From Eledone cirrhosa (taxonomy: Eukaryota): DNA of 64,000 bases. Position 1 is the stretch's first letter. Every line of letters begins with the position of its first letter. The notes under the pieces are model-generated. The model had not been told where the DNA came from. It saw nothing but the letters and a program-made list of their open reading frames with translations, and searched no databases. The position numbers and the translations under genes are program-made. The DNA lies in the NCBI GenBank assembly GCA_964016885.1, contig OZ024746.1, forward strand, positions 18,166,001-18,230,000, read 5' to 3'. Positions 1 to 42,100 of this stretch are shown here, one piece after another.

Positions 1-261
1 TTGCTTAAACAGAGGCACTAATTCTACATCCGCACCCTGTATAGGTTTGTAAATATTGTGTTTGTATACATAGTTACATATATATATGTGTATATATATA
101 TATATAAATAATGTGTGTGTGTGTGTGTATAAATATTGTGTGTGTGTGTGTGTATATAAATATATATATGTGTGTGTGTAAAAGGTAAACAGAAATAACA
201 CGATCAGTACAGTATATGGAAGGGATATATTAGGTTAACGCTTGATATCGCAGGAAGAGGG

Positions 262-298
262 TCTTAACGTTTCGGACCGCTAGTCCTTCATCAGAAGA
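262..298 (-). ncRNA. Minimal type I hammerhead ribozyme motif (Penelope-like element type)
   Basis: Minus strand reads UCUU-CUGAUGA-A-GGAC(UAGCG)GUCC-GAA-ACGU-U-AAGA. It has the CUGAUGA and GAAA core, a 4-bp stem II, a palindromic ACGU stem III and a 4-bp stem I (UCUU/AAGA). Confidence 0.6.
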
Positions 299-406
299 AA
301 GAATGAGAAATAAGATATATTGAGGGGACGGGCGGGATGGAATTGGAAAAAATGTCTTTAGATAAAAATAACAGGTCCATTCATGTTGAAATCTTGTGTG
401 TGTGTG

Positions 407-451
<45 letters not shown>

Positions 452-2226
452 CAAAGGGGTATATATATATAATTAGACATAGTCACAGATACATATATGA
501 GTTTGGCAGCCTTTCACGGTGTGGCTCAATATAATCATTAATCAAAGATAATCATTAATCAGAGCTATATATAAAATTGCAAGTCTGAAGAACTATTAGA
601 TAAAATATATACAGTATTTCCTCAACCAAATAAAAAAAATCATTTAAACGAGGCTATAAGTTTAAAATATAATTATGAAGAAATAATAGACAAATGATAC
701 AGATTATCTTCCACGATGTACAGCCATATGACATTTATTTAATTATTTCTTTTAGCCTGTAGAAATTGACTAGGCAAATAGTTAACTACACTGAGTTAGG
801 ATATATATATATATATATATATATATAAGGAATATCAATGGTGACTGTTCACTTTAAAGCTCCACCCCCAACACGGCTTATCTAAACAGTGTTATCTATG
901 TTTTGATACCCCTCCCTGTTCCAATATTGGGGAAATTTTGAAGTAATCAATCACCATTAATAATTATTATATCAACTGTGTATACTGTATATGTCTTTAA
1001 CTTAGTGCATGTTTTGTGTGTTTATCATATAAATCCCTGAACCAAGTATTGGTGCAACAGGTATAGCCATGGAGATAAGAATAGGTGCTAGCTGTCCATA
1101 TGGTTAAGAAACTGATTTTGTTCCCACATGATCTTAGCTGCAATCCTACCTTGATGAAACCTGGGGAGAAGTGTCTTTCAATATAGTCTCCTGTCGGTTG
1201 GTTTTGCCTGTAAAAACTGTCCAGTGATTCTTTAAAGTTATTTTACTAAATCGCTCCAAATATTTTGATTATTTGAAAATCATACATAGGCAATGTCTTT
1301 CATTAGAAATATGGTAATGAAAGGGGAAACCCACTGCCATTATGGCTTTACACTTCATTCCAGTATTCCCCTGACTTAATAATAGTAACCAGTAGAGTGA
1401 GCTACATTACATTTTCAAAGAGGCAATCATAAACCTGGTCTTTCTTCATAATTTCCTCATAATTAATTTCAACAACTCTGGTATGTTTCACTGCTCTCTT
1501 ATGGAATTGCTGTTATATTTCTAGTAAACTAAATTAATTGCTACTTGCTTTAGATCACATCCAACTGGAAAATCAACCCTCATCCCACTGCCACCCCACC
1601 TCTTCACGTATTTCTTTCTGCTTGCGTCATTCCTTTATTGCTGTCTTCTTATGTTATACAAATTACAGTAATGTCCAATATAACATATCACAGTCAGTCT
1701 AAAATATTCCCAGATTTCCCAGTATTAGTAGTAGAAGATTATTAGGTCACTGTTGAAAGATATAAATAACAGCGGTAGCAGCTGTTGGTTATACTGTGCC
1801 CCACCTTCAAGGAAGTTGTTTAGATATTTATTTATTCATACTTGATTTGGTAGTTGTATTTTCTTAGAGTTTTCTTCTTCTTTTTCTCCCCCCCCCCCTC
1901 CTCATCCTCCACAGTACCATTGGGCAACAAGGAACCTACATTCTACATGGTTGTAATCCATGTCATGAGCTTGCACTCCGACCAGGTCCATGTTTGCCAG
2001 GTCTTCTTCCACAGATATCATCCATACATTCACACAAACACACAAACATTCACACAAGACACACACATTGTGTGACAGACGGATGGAAGTTGGCCAAATT
2101 TATATATAGATTTATTTAATTATATAACTTATTTTATTATATATCACCATCATCATTTAACATCCATCTTCCATGTTAGCATGGATTAATGTTTATTTTT
2201 TTTGTTTTTGTTTTTTAAAACTTTAG

Positions 2227-31749
<29,523 letters not shown>

Positions 31750-32006
31750 TAGAGACACTTTGGTAAAAATCCTATCTATATGTATGTCATTGAAACTGTG
31801 ACTGGAAGATTAACATGTTTGACTGGTGTCAGCAGTTCAAACCTGGTTGTACTCTATAGACAAGTTAGTTACATTCTTTTGCTTGCCTCAGTCTACTGTG
31901 CTGAAAATGAATACCACTCCTATTTATGACCAGTTATTACTACAGGGCCTAACGACCATGCCCAGCACAAGTCCCAGGCTTGGCTGGTTCTGAATGGCTC
32001 TGTCAG

Positions 32007-32206
32007 NNNNNNNNNNNNNNNNNNNNNNNNNNNNNNNNNNNNNNNNNNNNNNNNNNNNNNNNNNNNNNNNNNNNNNNNNNNNNNNNNNNNNNNNNNNNNN
32101 NNNNNNNNNNNNNNNNNNNNNNNNNNNNNNNNNNNNNNNNNNNNNNNNNNNNNNNNNNNNNNNNNNNNNNNNNNNNNNNNNNNNNNNNNNNNNNNNNNNN
32201 NNNNNN
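32007..32206. other. Assembly gap (200 N)
   Basis: Run of N; the round length suggests an arbitrary scaffold spacer. Confidence 0.99.
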
Positions 32207-33597
32207 AGGATCAAAATAAAATGTAAACAAAAAAAATCTGATAGCAACAACATCAAACATGTTTCTGTTAGAATTAGAAACATGGTTAAAAATTGTTCTG
32301 GAGTGCTTTTGGTAACTCAATAGACATCCTTCTCCTCGTCATCATTACCATTTAACATCCACTTTCCCTGCTAGCAAGGGTTGGACCAAGTCAGTACTGA
32401 AGTGGAGCTACTGACCCCCCAGACAGAGGGGTTTGCATCCCACTTATTTATGCTCATATCAAGTGCAGAGGAGAAGTTGTGTCTTTTGACACAAACTGAA
32501 GGGTCCTCCTAACCCTTTGTTTGACAAGGTTTCTACAGTTGGAAGTCTTTCTTTTACACCAACAACTTTACAACATGTACTGGGTGGTTTTATTGTGTAG
32601 ATCACCAACACTAGGGAGCTGTCATGTCTTTGACACAATTGAAGGATCCTCCAGTCCTTTATTTTTTTGGCACGTTTTCTACAGCTGGAAGCCCCTTTCA
32701 GATATTACACTCAATAACGATTAATAAACTACTGTAATTCATCAACTTTTTATAATCTATCTTGCTTGGTTTTTAATCAATAACACTGATGGTGGTAGAT
32801 TGGCAGAATCAATAGATCAGATAAAATGCCAATGTGCTATTTGTTCTGGCTCTTTATATTCTGAGTTCAAGTCCCACTGAGGTCAACTTTGCCTTTCTTC
32901 CTTCTGGAGTTGATAAAATAAAATACCAGTCAAGTACTGGGACTGATTTAATCAACTTTGCCCTTCAACCAAATTTTCTGGCCTTGTGCCACCTAAATTA
33001 GAAATCAATCTACAGCATTATACTAGGAAAGGGGGCTTCACAATACTACTGAAGTGTTACTGGGACTTTAATGTGATAACAATAAACCCATTGCCTTTAT
33101 TAATATCACCTTTTTAGAGCAATACCATGTTCCCTAAATGGCTGTAGACTTTACTTTAGAAACAACTAAAGCTCAAGACATAGTTTATAAAATGAATTAG
33201 TTGAATTTATATCCTAACTTTAAATATAAAAATCTTTCAATCCTTTTGGAACTCAAAACATTTTTCAATGTAGTTATAACATTATTAATTAATAATAATA
33301 AATTAATAATTAATAACTGATAAATTTCAGAAAGCCAGTACAATGTGGTAGAAATATATAAAGGGTAAAGGATGACAAATAAAACAAAGTAATGTTTTTT
33401 ATCTAGTATACCGGCTTTCCAAAACTGAAACTTATCAGTCATCATCTTCATCTGTTTTTCTATGCTTATATTTATTAGTAATATTTATATGAGTTGGTTT
33501 ATGTACAAATTTGACTTCTCTTTTATCCCCTGCTGTGTGTGTGTATGTGTGAACATATTTATTTTATTATATTCTGCTTGATTCTGATTCTCAATAG

Positions 33598-33716
33598 CCA
33601 ATTCTCTTCAATCCGATGACACTGGTTTCAGTTCTCTGACATTGACTGAGAGAGTGGCAACTCTACAGAGACAGGTGGAACAAATGGTGGTTTTAGTTAA
33701 TTCTATTCAGACCCAG
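33598..33716 (+). CDS. Mosaic gene exon A, coiled coil (LTERVATLQRQVEQMVVLVNSIQTQ)
   Basis: tag acceptor, gtacag donor; heptad pattern; phase 0 join to the next exon. Confidence 0.7.
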
Positions 33717-36700
33717 GTACAGTTGTTATATTTTCATATTAGTTTGATTTACTTTTAGCTAAACATCCTTGATTTTCTTTCTTTTTTTATATTTTGTTTT
33801 CATGCACGTTGTCAAACACAAACATACAATTTTGGCAATGTTTATATATATATGTGGGGTTCCTATGAATGTTTCTCAGAGATTGGGAGGCTTATGTGGG
33901 GTTCCTATAAGATATTGGAAGGTCTATTGTACCCAGAGGTATAACTAAGTAAAATATTGCCTATGGTAAGCAGTGAAATTGCACCCCTGTCCAAACATCT
34001 GACATCCATCTTTCAGCTCAAAAATACCAATTGTGTATGGGCTTAATAATTTATATAAATGGTTTAATTACCCAGCCACCATAGTGTTCTTATCCATGAT
34101 AATCAAAGACAGATCATACATCTGAAGAAGTTTCTGTTTTTTTTCTCTCTATGACGATAGCTTCTCTGACTTTAATAGAAAGTTCTCCTAGTCCAAGTGG
34201 TACCCATGACACGTGCCATGCTTGCCATACCCTAGTTATGCCTCTGCTTGTACCACCGTAGTTATGCCTCTGCTTGTACCACCGTAGTTATTACAATTTT
34301 GATGCATTATTCAGGATTACTTGTTATATTATAAGATTTCTATATGTTGTTATATATTGTAACTGAAATTACAATAATAAATTGTATTACAATAAATATT
34401 GTACCTTCATGATTATTATGCAAATCTATTTAAATACTAATGTGATTTACATATTGAGCATGCCAAATCTGATGGAAAAACACGCAAAAATGGGAACAAA
34501 ACAAAACTCTCATAAATGTCTTATATTTTGTGTTAAATTTGTTCTTCTAATTCTATTTAGAACATGAAGATGAAGGAGCGTATTGAACAGCTGGAAACTT
34601 GTGAATGTATCCCAAAATGTACTTACAGTGGTAAAACATTTGGTAATAAAGAGATATGGCAACCAGACACTTGTACTCGTTGTCATTGTCAGGTATGTAG
34701 ATTAAAACATTCTAGCTTAAGACTCAACATTTCACAACATTTTAACCTTTAAATCTGTTGTTAGTGTTATACTACAAGCCAATCCAATCCAGGGCTTTCT
34801 CACTCCTGGTGGAAGAACACCTCCCTGGTTAACCTCCACCACTTTCCATTTGGTTTTGGTCATATCAGGGGTGTAGTCGTACTCACCATACTCGGCCAAT
34901 TGTGAGTTGGTGAGACTATTTAAACTATAGTTGGGGTGACAAGTTGACTCTGAAGAGGTTATCCACTGCTTTTAACAGCTTTTGTTTTTTGTACTGTTGG
35001 GGTTTCACTTACTCTCCTCACCAGACCAGGGTCTGGTGGGGTAGATGGTTTAGTTGCCAACCACTTGACCAGCAAGCAGGTAGGTTGCACTCTGGGCAAT
35101 TTTGGAAGTCATTGATTTAAAATATGATTTCTAATTTAGACACAAGGCCAACAATTTGGAGAGAGGGGAAAGTCAATTAAGTCCACCCCATTGTGTTACT
35201 GGTACTTTATTTTATCAACCCCGTAAGAATGAAAGGTAAACTAACCTTGGTAGGATTTGAACTCAGAATATAAAGGGATGTTAATTAACAACTGTAGAAT
35301 ACAATCTTGAAAAATTGTTTTGTTCTTTCCTAATATAATTTATTAATTAAATATCCAGTCCCATTTATTTTTAGGTGTGTTGACTAATGACATAATGTTT
35401 GCATTATTTTATTAGGAAGGAAAACCTGAATGCAAAGTTAGAGCTGATATTCCTGGCTGTTCGGGTAAGGTTTTCTACGTATTGTATCCTTCTAGAAAAA
35501 ATTTTAAAATGCAAAATAAATGATTTGAAAGAAATATGAAAACAAATCATTATTTTTTTTCTCTTTGGTTAAATTCAAATAAGTAATTATTATATTTAAT
35601 GAAGTTGTAACAATCTTAGCTGGCAGGGGAGATTTTTACTTTCTTTAGTTTTCATCTGCAATGAGAACTTGCTGAAACCTTTTATGGAAAATATATTAAG
35701 GGTCAAAACACTTACTTGAGGGAGGTTTCTTCTCTGAAGACCTTCAGCTGTCCGACTCTCCTGAGAGTTTCTTACCACTTAACACAAGATTTAATGCTTA
35801 TAATTATATTCTGAAGGTGGATGTTAATGTAGTATTTGAATACAAGTGCTGGAGGAGCTACAACCAACTGTTACTCTCATAGTCTCTCTCATAAATAGTT
35901 TCTTCATTACTAATAGTCAAGCGTCCAAAACTAGCAGATATTCTTCTTTTCAACCTTTTAATCTTGCTTCATCATTTCATCATCATTTCATTTTATGCCC
36001 GCTTTTTCCCTGCTTGCAAGGGTGGGACGGGAACTGATTCTGGCTTGATTTCTACAGCTGGATGCCCTTCCTAACACCAACCTCATTTACAGAGAGTGCT
36101 GGGTGCTTTTTTACTGTGGCACCTCCATGACCACTTTGCAGTGGAATGATAGGGACCCCAGTCCCTATCATCTCATTTCTACAGCTGAGTAAACTGGAGC
36201 AATGTGAAATAAAGTGTCTTGCTCAAGGAAACAACACATCACCCGGTCTGAGAATTGAACTCACAACCTTTCGATTGCAAGGCCAATGCTTTAATCACTA
36301 AGCCATCTTGCTTATTTCAATGAATTGTAAATATACACATTCCACCGTAAAAGCATTGATCTGACTTAATGATTTAGGAATGTCTGCAGTCTTAGTGGTA
36401 AAAATATTTCTAATAATAATTTGGGATGGTATGGTCCTGTAACTTCTGATGGTGCCATGTTGACATAGGGCATTTCTTGGGCTTTTTAAGCTTGGAGAAA
36501 TCTAATGACTCTACCAATTCGTCTATATTTGGGATATCTTATATCATAAGCTTGAAAGGAGAAAAATGAGACATTGTTTAGCTCCAAATCAGCCCTGATT
36601 GAGCAGACATATAATTAAAGGTGTTACATCTGTGATTATTACATCTTTTTGTATATAAGGGACTACATTGTCCAGATGTGTTAGTTCTTATTTAAAATAA

Positions 36701-39049
36701 CCAAGTCTAATATAAAGATGTAGTTGTCCAGTTGTTGGCTGGAGATGTTACACATGCTAGACACATACTTGCATGAAAGATGGGAGGGCAACTGACCTAA
36801 TTGAGCAGTTGAATATTAAAGGTGTCAGCTGATATATGTTGGCATTAAAGGCATCTGCTGAGGTGAGCTTAGATGGACATAGAATTCTGTTGGCTGATGA
36901 GTGTCATGTATTAACAGTGAGTAACATGGCCATGGAAGATATGGTAAAAAGTAGTGAAATCAGATGTAAGAATGTTGACATTACAGATGAGGTGGAGCAA
37001 GATCTTTTCAAGCCATGTTAAAGTTAAAGTCTGTTCTAAGCTGAAGGCTCATTAGGCCAATGCCTATCCCTGGTTTCCTTGGTATTAAGTGACTGAGAGT
37101 ACAAGACTCTCCCAAGCCTGGACGTCAGTCTATTTCAGGTTTAAACCCTCAGCTATTGCTGGTACTCATCTCAGCTGAGTGTACTGGAGCAATGTGAAAT
37201 AAAGTGTTTTGCTCAAGAACATAACTCAGCATCCTGTCCAGGAATTGATCCAATGACATTACGATTGTATGAAGGCACATGGCTTAGTGGTTAGAGCATT
37301 GGGCTTGCAATCGAAAGGTTGTGAGTTTAATCCTTGGACTGGGTGATGTGTTGTTTCCTTGAGCAAGACATTTTATTTTACATTGCTCCAGTTTACTCAG
37401 CTGTAGAAATGAGATGATAGGACTGGGGTCCCTATCATTCCACTGCAAAGTGGTCGTGGAGGTGCCATGGCAAGAAAGCACCCAGCCCACACTGTAAAGT
37501 GGTCGTGTAGGCGCCACAGAAAAAAAGCACCCAGCACTCACTGTAAATGAGGTTGGTGTTAGGAAGTGCATCCAGCTGTAGAAATCAAGCCAGAATCAGT
37601 TCCCGTATGAGCAAGACAAGGTCAGCTGATCGGATACTGCCCACAACAGGACAACCCGTCTTACCCATGCTAGCATGGAAGAATGGACGTAAAACGGTGA
37701 TGATGATGTCAAGCATCCTAACCATTAGACCATGCCAGCATAAAAGATGGGCAATATTGATAGGATAAACATTTGAATTAAGAAACCCAGTTTTAGATAC
37801 TTTCTGCTAAGATGTTAAGAGTTAATGGAGAATTCATGTGATCCATTGAAATAGTGATTTCTATTATGTAAAATAGTAGAATTAAAAGTGTACATGTAAA
37901 CTGAATGGGTGCCAAAACTACCTGGAGACATCCTAGTGAGAAAACTAATATAGCAACTGTAATGAGGTTATTACAGGCTCTGTGGGTGTAGCTAGTGACA
38001 TTTGCTAACAGGGAAAACAGAAGTTAAACCGTGGTGGTGGTGGTGGTGGTGGTGGTGTAAACTTTTATATACATAGAATAAGCAATATATATAAACATTT
38101 TCAACTAGAAAGCTAGTTGCTCACTCTTATCCTAATCTTATTTTATTTGTAGAGCCATGTAGCAGTTCACCTTGTAAACATGGGGGATCATGTGTTGAAG
38201 ATAAAACAGATGGTACATTTAAATGTCTATGTACAGTACCTTTTAGTGGTGCTCTCTGTGAAACTTGGATCAATCCTTCTGTTTGGCCTTCTGACCCTGG
38301 TTACTGTCATCAAACACATGAAGCATATTACTTTGACCGTAATAAAAACCAGTGCCTTATGTTTAATTACACAGGTAAGTAATATTTTTATTGTTATGTT
38401 ATGATATGATATGGTATGATATGATATGGTATGGGCCCATAACTCCTGCTGGACTCATAGGAGCATCCTAATGACAGACATACAGCATTTCTTGGGCATT
38501 TTAAGCATGGCAGAACCCATCTCTCTCCAAGCTTGACTACAGCAGATTTCTTCCAGAGAAGGGTAGAAAGTAAGAAAAAGGAGGTGAGAAAGAAATATTG
38601 AGGAAGAATTGATCCCAGTACTTGACTGGTACTTTATTTATCAACCTCAAAAAGATAAAAGGCAAAGTTGACTTTATTGGGATTTGAACTCAGAGCCGAA
38701 ACAAATACCACAAAACATTCTATCCAACGTTTTAATGACTCTGCCAATTTGATATACAAATTAATTAATGCATAATTTTTCTCAATGTATACACCTCCCA
38801 GTTTCAAACATAACTATGACACTGTCAGCAAAATTTTATTTACTCTATTAGTCATGCCCCCTTTCTTAGATCTAACTTTCCTATTTAATTACATTCTTAA
38901 TCTAATCCAAAATAGATTATATTTTTTTTTATAAATTAGCATTCCAAGGACCATAGTTAACTCATTCCCAAATCATTGAATATATAGATTTTATTATATT
39001 TTACAAATGTATGCACATGCATGTATGTGCAAACACACACACACTCAGA

Positions 39050-39121
<72 letters not shown>

Positions 39122-42100
39122 TGTATTATATTTAGGTTTAAAATTTATATCAATTATGTTTCTCAATATATATGTAAAAAATATTAATAGTTTCTTAATT
39201 GATATATACCCTTTATATACATATATATATATAAAAATGAAATTATTGTGTACAGTGTTAAGGTGCACTACAACTCATCAAAGGTGCATGTATAGTACAT
39301 AGAATAATGTACAAATGTCAGGAAAACTTATATTTATATATATATATTCCATGTGTAAATTACTTTCCAGGTTGCGGTGGTAATGTCAACAATTTCCAAT
39401 CATTGGAAGAATGTCAGAAAAACACCCTGTTTGGAGCTTGCTGTACTTACCAATATTCCATAACAAGAGAAGACATAATAAATGGGAGACAGTCTGTACA
39501 AAAAAATTGTCAGGTTTGTTGACTAAAATCATACAAATATTAACTATAGTTTTAACTATGCTTATCAGTAACAATGTTATATTATACAGTCTAATAGCAT
39601 TGCTATCAATGTACTCAGGCTTATGAAGGTAAATCTAATCCACATGTCACCACCAACATAAATGAAACTAAGGGACAGTCTGCATATTCCATTGTGTTGT
39701 GTTGAAAAGTAGTGAAGAGTGAACATCAGATTAGATTTGATGTAAGATTTGTGAAAGAGTTAGATATTTTACATATTTCATCATCATCAATTAATGTCCA
39801 TTTTCCACGCTAGCATGGGTTAGACGAGTTGTCCCATTTGAGGCATGTTGGGTCAGGTGTCCGTGTCTTATTCATATCTTACTGTAATATTACTACACTT
39901 ATCTATGTTTGAGGAAATAAGTTTTGGATCTCCCCCCCCCCCAAAAAAAAAGTATATATATTTATGTCCAACCCATGCAAGCATGGAAAAGTGGACGTAA
40001 AAATGACGATGATGATGATATACATAATGTCCTATTTATTCTCTTCATTTATTTTTTTGGACACTTTTCCTCAACTACATCACAATTTAGTACACTCTCT
40101 CGCAATCCAGAATACTTCCTGCCTTTGGGCTTCATGTTATAGGACATGTGCAAACTTCTTCTTTGCTTCTGGCCTCTCTTCTAGCTATCTGGTATTGATC
40201 CCTGTTTCTCTATCTGGTATTGCTCCCTGTCTCCCTATCTGGTATTGCTCCCTGTCTCTCTATCTGGTATTGCTCCCTGTCTCTCTATCTGGTATTGCTC
40301 CCTGTCTCCCTTTTTCCTCAGTCTCTCCAGGCTTATCTTTTTGTTTTTATGACTCTATCTACCTTCCCCCACCATGTCACCCTCCATCTTATTGGGACCT
40401 TGTTCCAGCTGTAAACCTAATTTGTGGCTTCCAGCAGGTTGTCCCATAGAAATACCCAGTATATATATAATTATACTAAACATCATTTTAAAGATATATT
40501 TGTAACTGCTTTTTAAACTGAGACTGCTATTATTTAGATTGTATTATATAACCAATGCTGGTGGATTGTGTATCATATAACCAATGCTGGTGGATTGTGT
40601 ATGTATAATAGTTTATTATTTTTAATTCATTTCCAGGTCATGAGTGTTTCTGCTTGTAGAAAACTCCACAAACATTCAGTTAAACCTTATAGAGAAGAAG
40701 AAGTTGTAGGATTCCATCCAGGATTAAGTTGTCAAGATGCTAGATGTCCACGTCCACTTAATAATTCAAAGACGCTTATTGACCAGGAGGAATCTTGTCA
40801 TGTCTTTGGACATGGTAAAATTAAAGTTGGCCAGGAAATTATGATAGGTTGTAGAAACTGCATCTGCATGCCTAGCGAAAAATTGAAGTGCAAGTAAGTG
40901 GCAAAGGAGAGTTTATAATTAATTGATCTTTGAGATAATATATCATCATCATCATCGTTTAACGTCCATGTTCCACGCTTGCATGGGTTTGTATATATAT
41001 ATATATATCATCATCATCATCATCATCACCGTTTTACGTCCGTTCTTCCACGCTAGCATGGGTTAGACGGGTTGTCCTGTTGTGGGCAGTGTCTGGTCGG
41101 CTGACCATGCCTTGCTCATACAGGAACTGATCTGGCTTGATTTCTACAGCTGGATGCCCTTCCTAACACCAACCTCATTTACAGTGAGTGCTGGGTGCTT
41201 TTTCGTGGCGCCTACACGTCCACTTTACAGTGTGGGCTGGGTGCTTTTTTGCCGTGGCACCTCCACGACCACCTTGCGGTGGGGGGGGGGGGCATATTGT
41301 TTATATGCTTCAGCATGTACCCATGGGAGGTCGGGTACCCTGTATTACTGCGTGACGCCAGAAGTCACGGTCGTGTGTCATTGACTTTGAGAGGTGTAGT
41401 TGGGTAAGGTCGGCTCTTATCACCTCATCCCAAGTCATCTTGGGTCTCCCCACTCCGCGGTTTCCATCAACTTCTAGTGCTCTGCACCTTTTTATGCAGC
41501 TGTCATCCTTCATACGCATCACATGTCCATACCAGCGTAACCGCCTCTCCTGCACGCAGCATTTGATTCCTCTTATGCTCAGTCTCTCTCTCAATTCATT
41601 TATGCTTTGTCGTTCACGTATATTACTGTTACACATCCATCGGAGCATGCAGGCTTCGTTTCTCTCTAATCTACGTAAGTCTTCCACCTTCAGCGCCCAG
41701 GTCTCACTACCATGCAACATCGCTGTTCGGATACACGCATCATACAGTCTGCCTTTCATTCTGAGGGAGAAGCCTTTTGCAGCTAGCAGTGGTAGTAGTT
41801 CCCTAAACTTCTTCCATCCCGTTCTTACCCTAGTTATTGTACTTTCTGAGCACCCACCTCCGTTGCTAATTCGGTCACCTAGGTAGCAGAAGCTGTCTAC
41901 TGTTTCTACAGGGCCCTCCCAGAGATTGGTGGTACTTGTTTCCTGTGGCTGTTTGCTTGCTGTTTCAGCACAGCTGCTGCATGTGAATCCTACATTCTTA
42001 ATTAAGCTTCCTGAGATCCCGCTACATCTCTTGTGTACCCATTGTTTGCATTTGGGGCAAAGAATGGAGTTCCTACCTACACCTTTCCTACATACTGAGC

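Noticed and set aside
1-2226. Start-codon exon or promoter of the E3 gene
   Set aside because: No convincing ATG exon with a phase-1 donor could be identified; it may lie upstream of the window.
37271-37345. tRNA gene
   Set aside because: It is the tRNA-derived head of a multi-copy SINE and lacks a full cloverleaf or acceptor stem.
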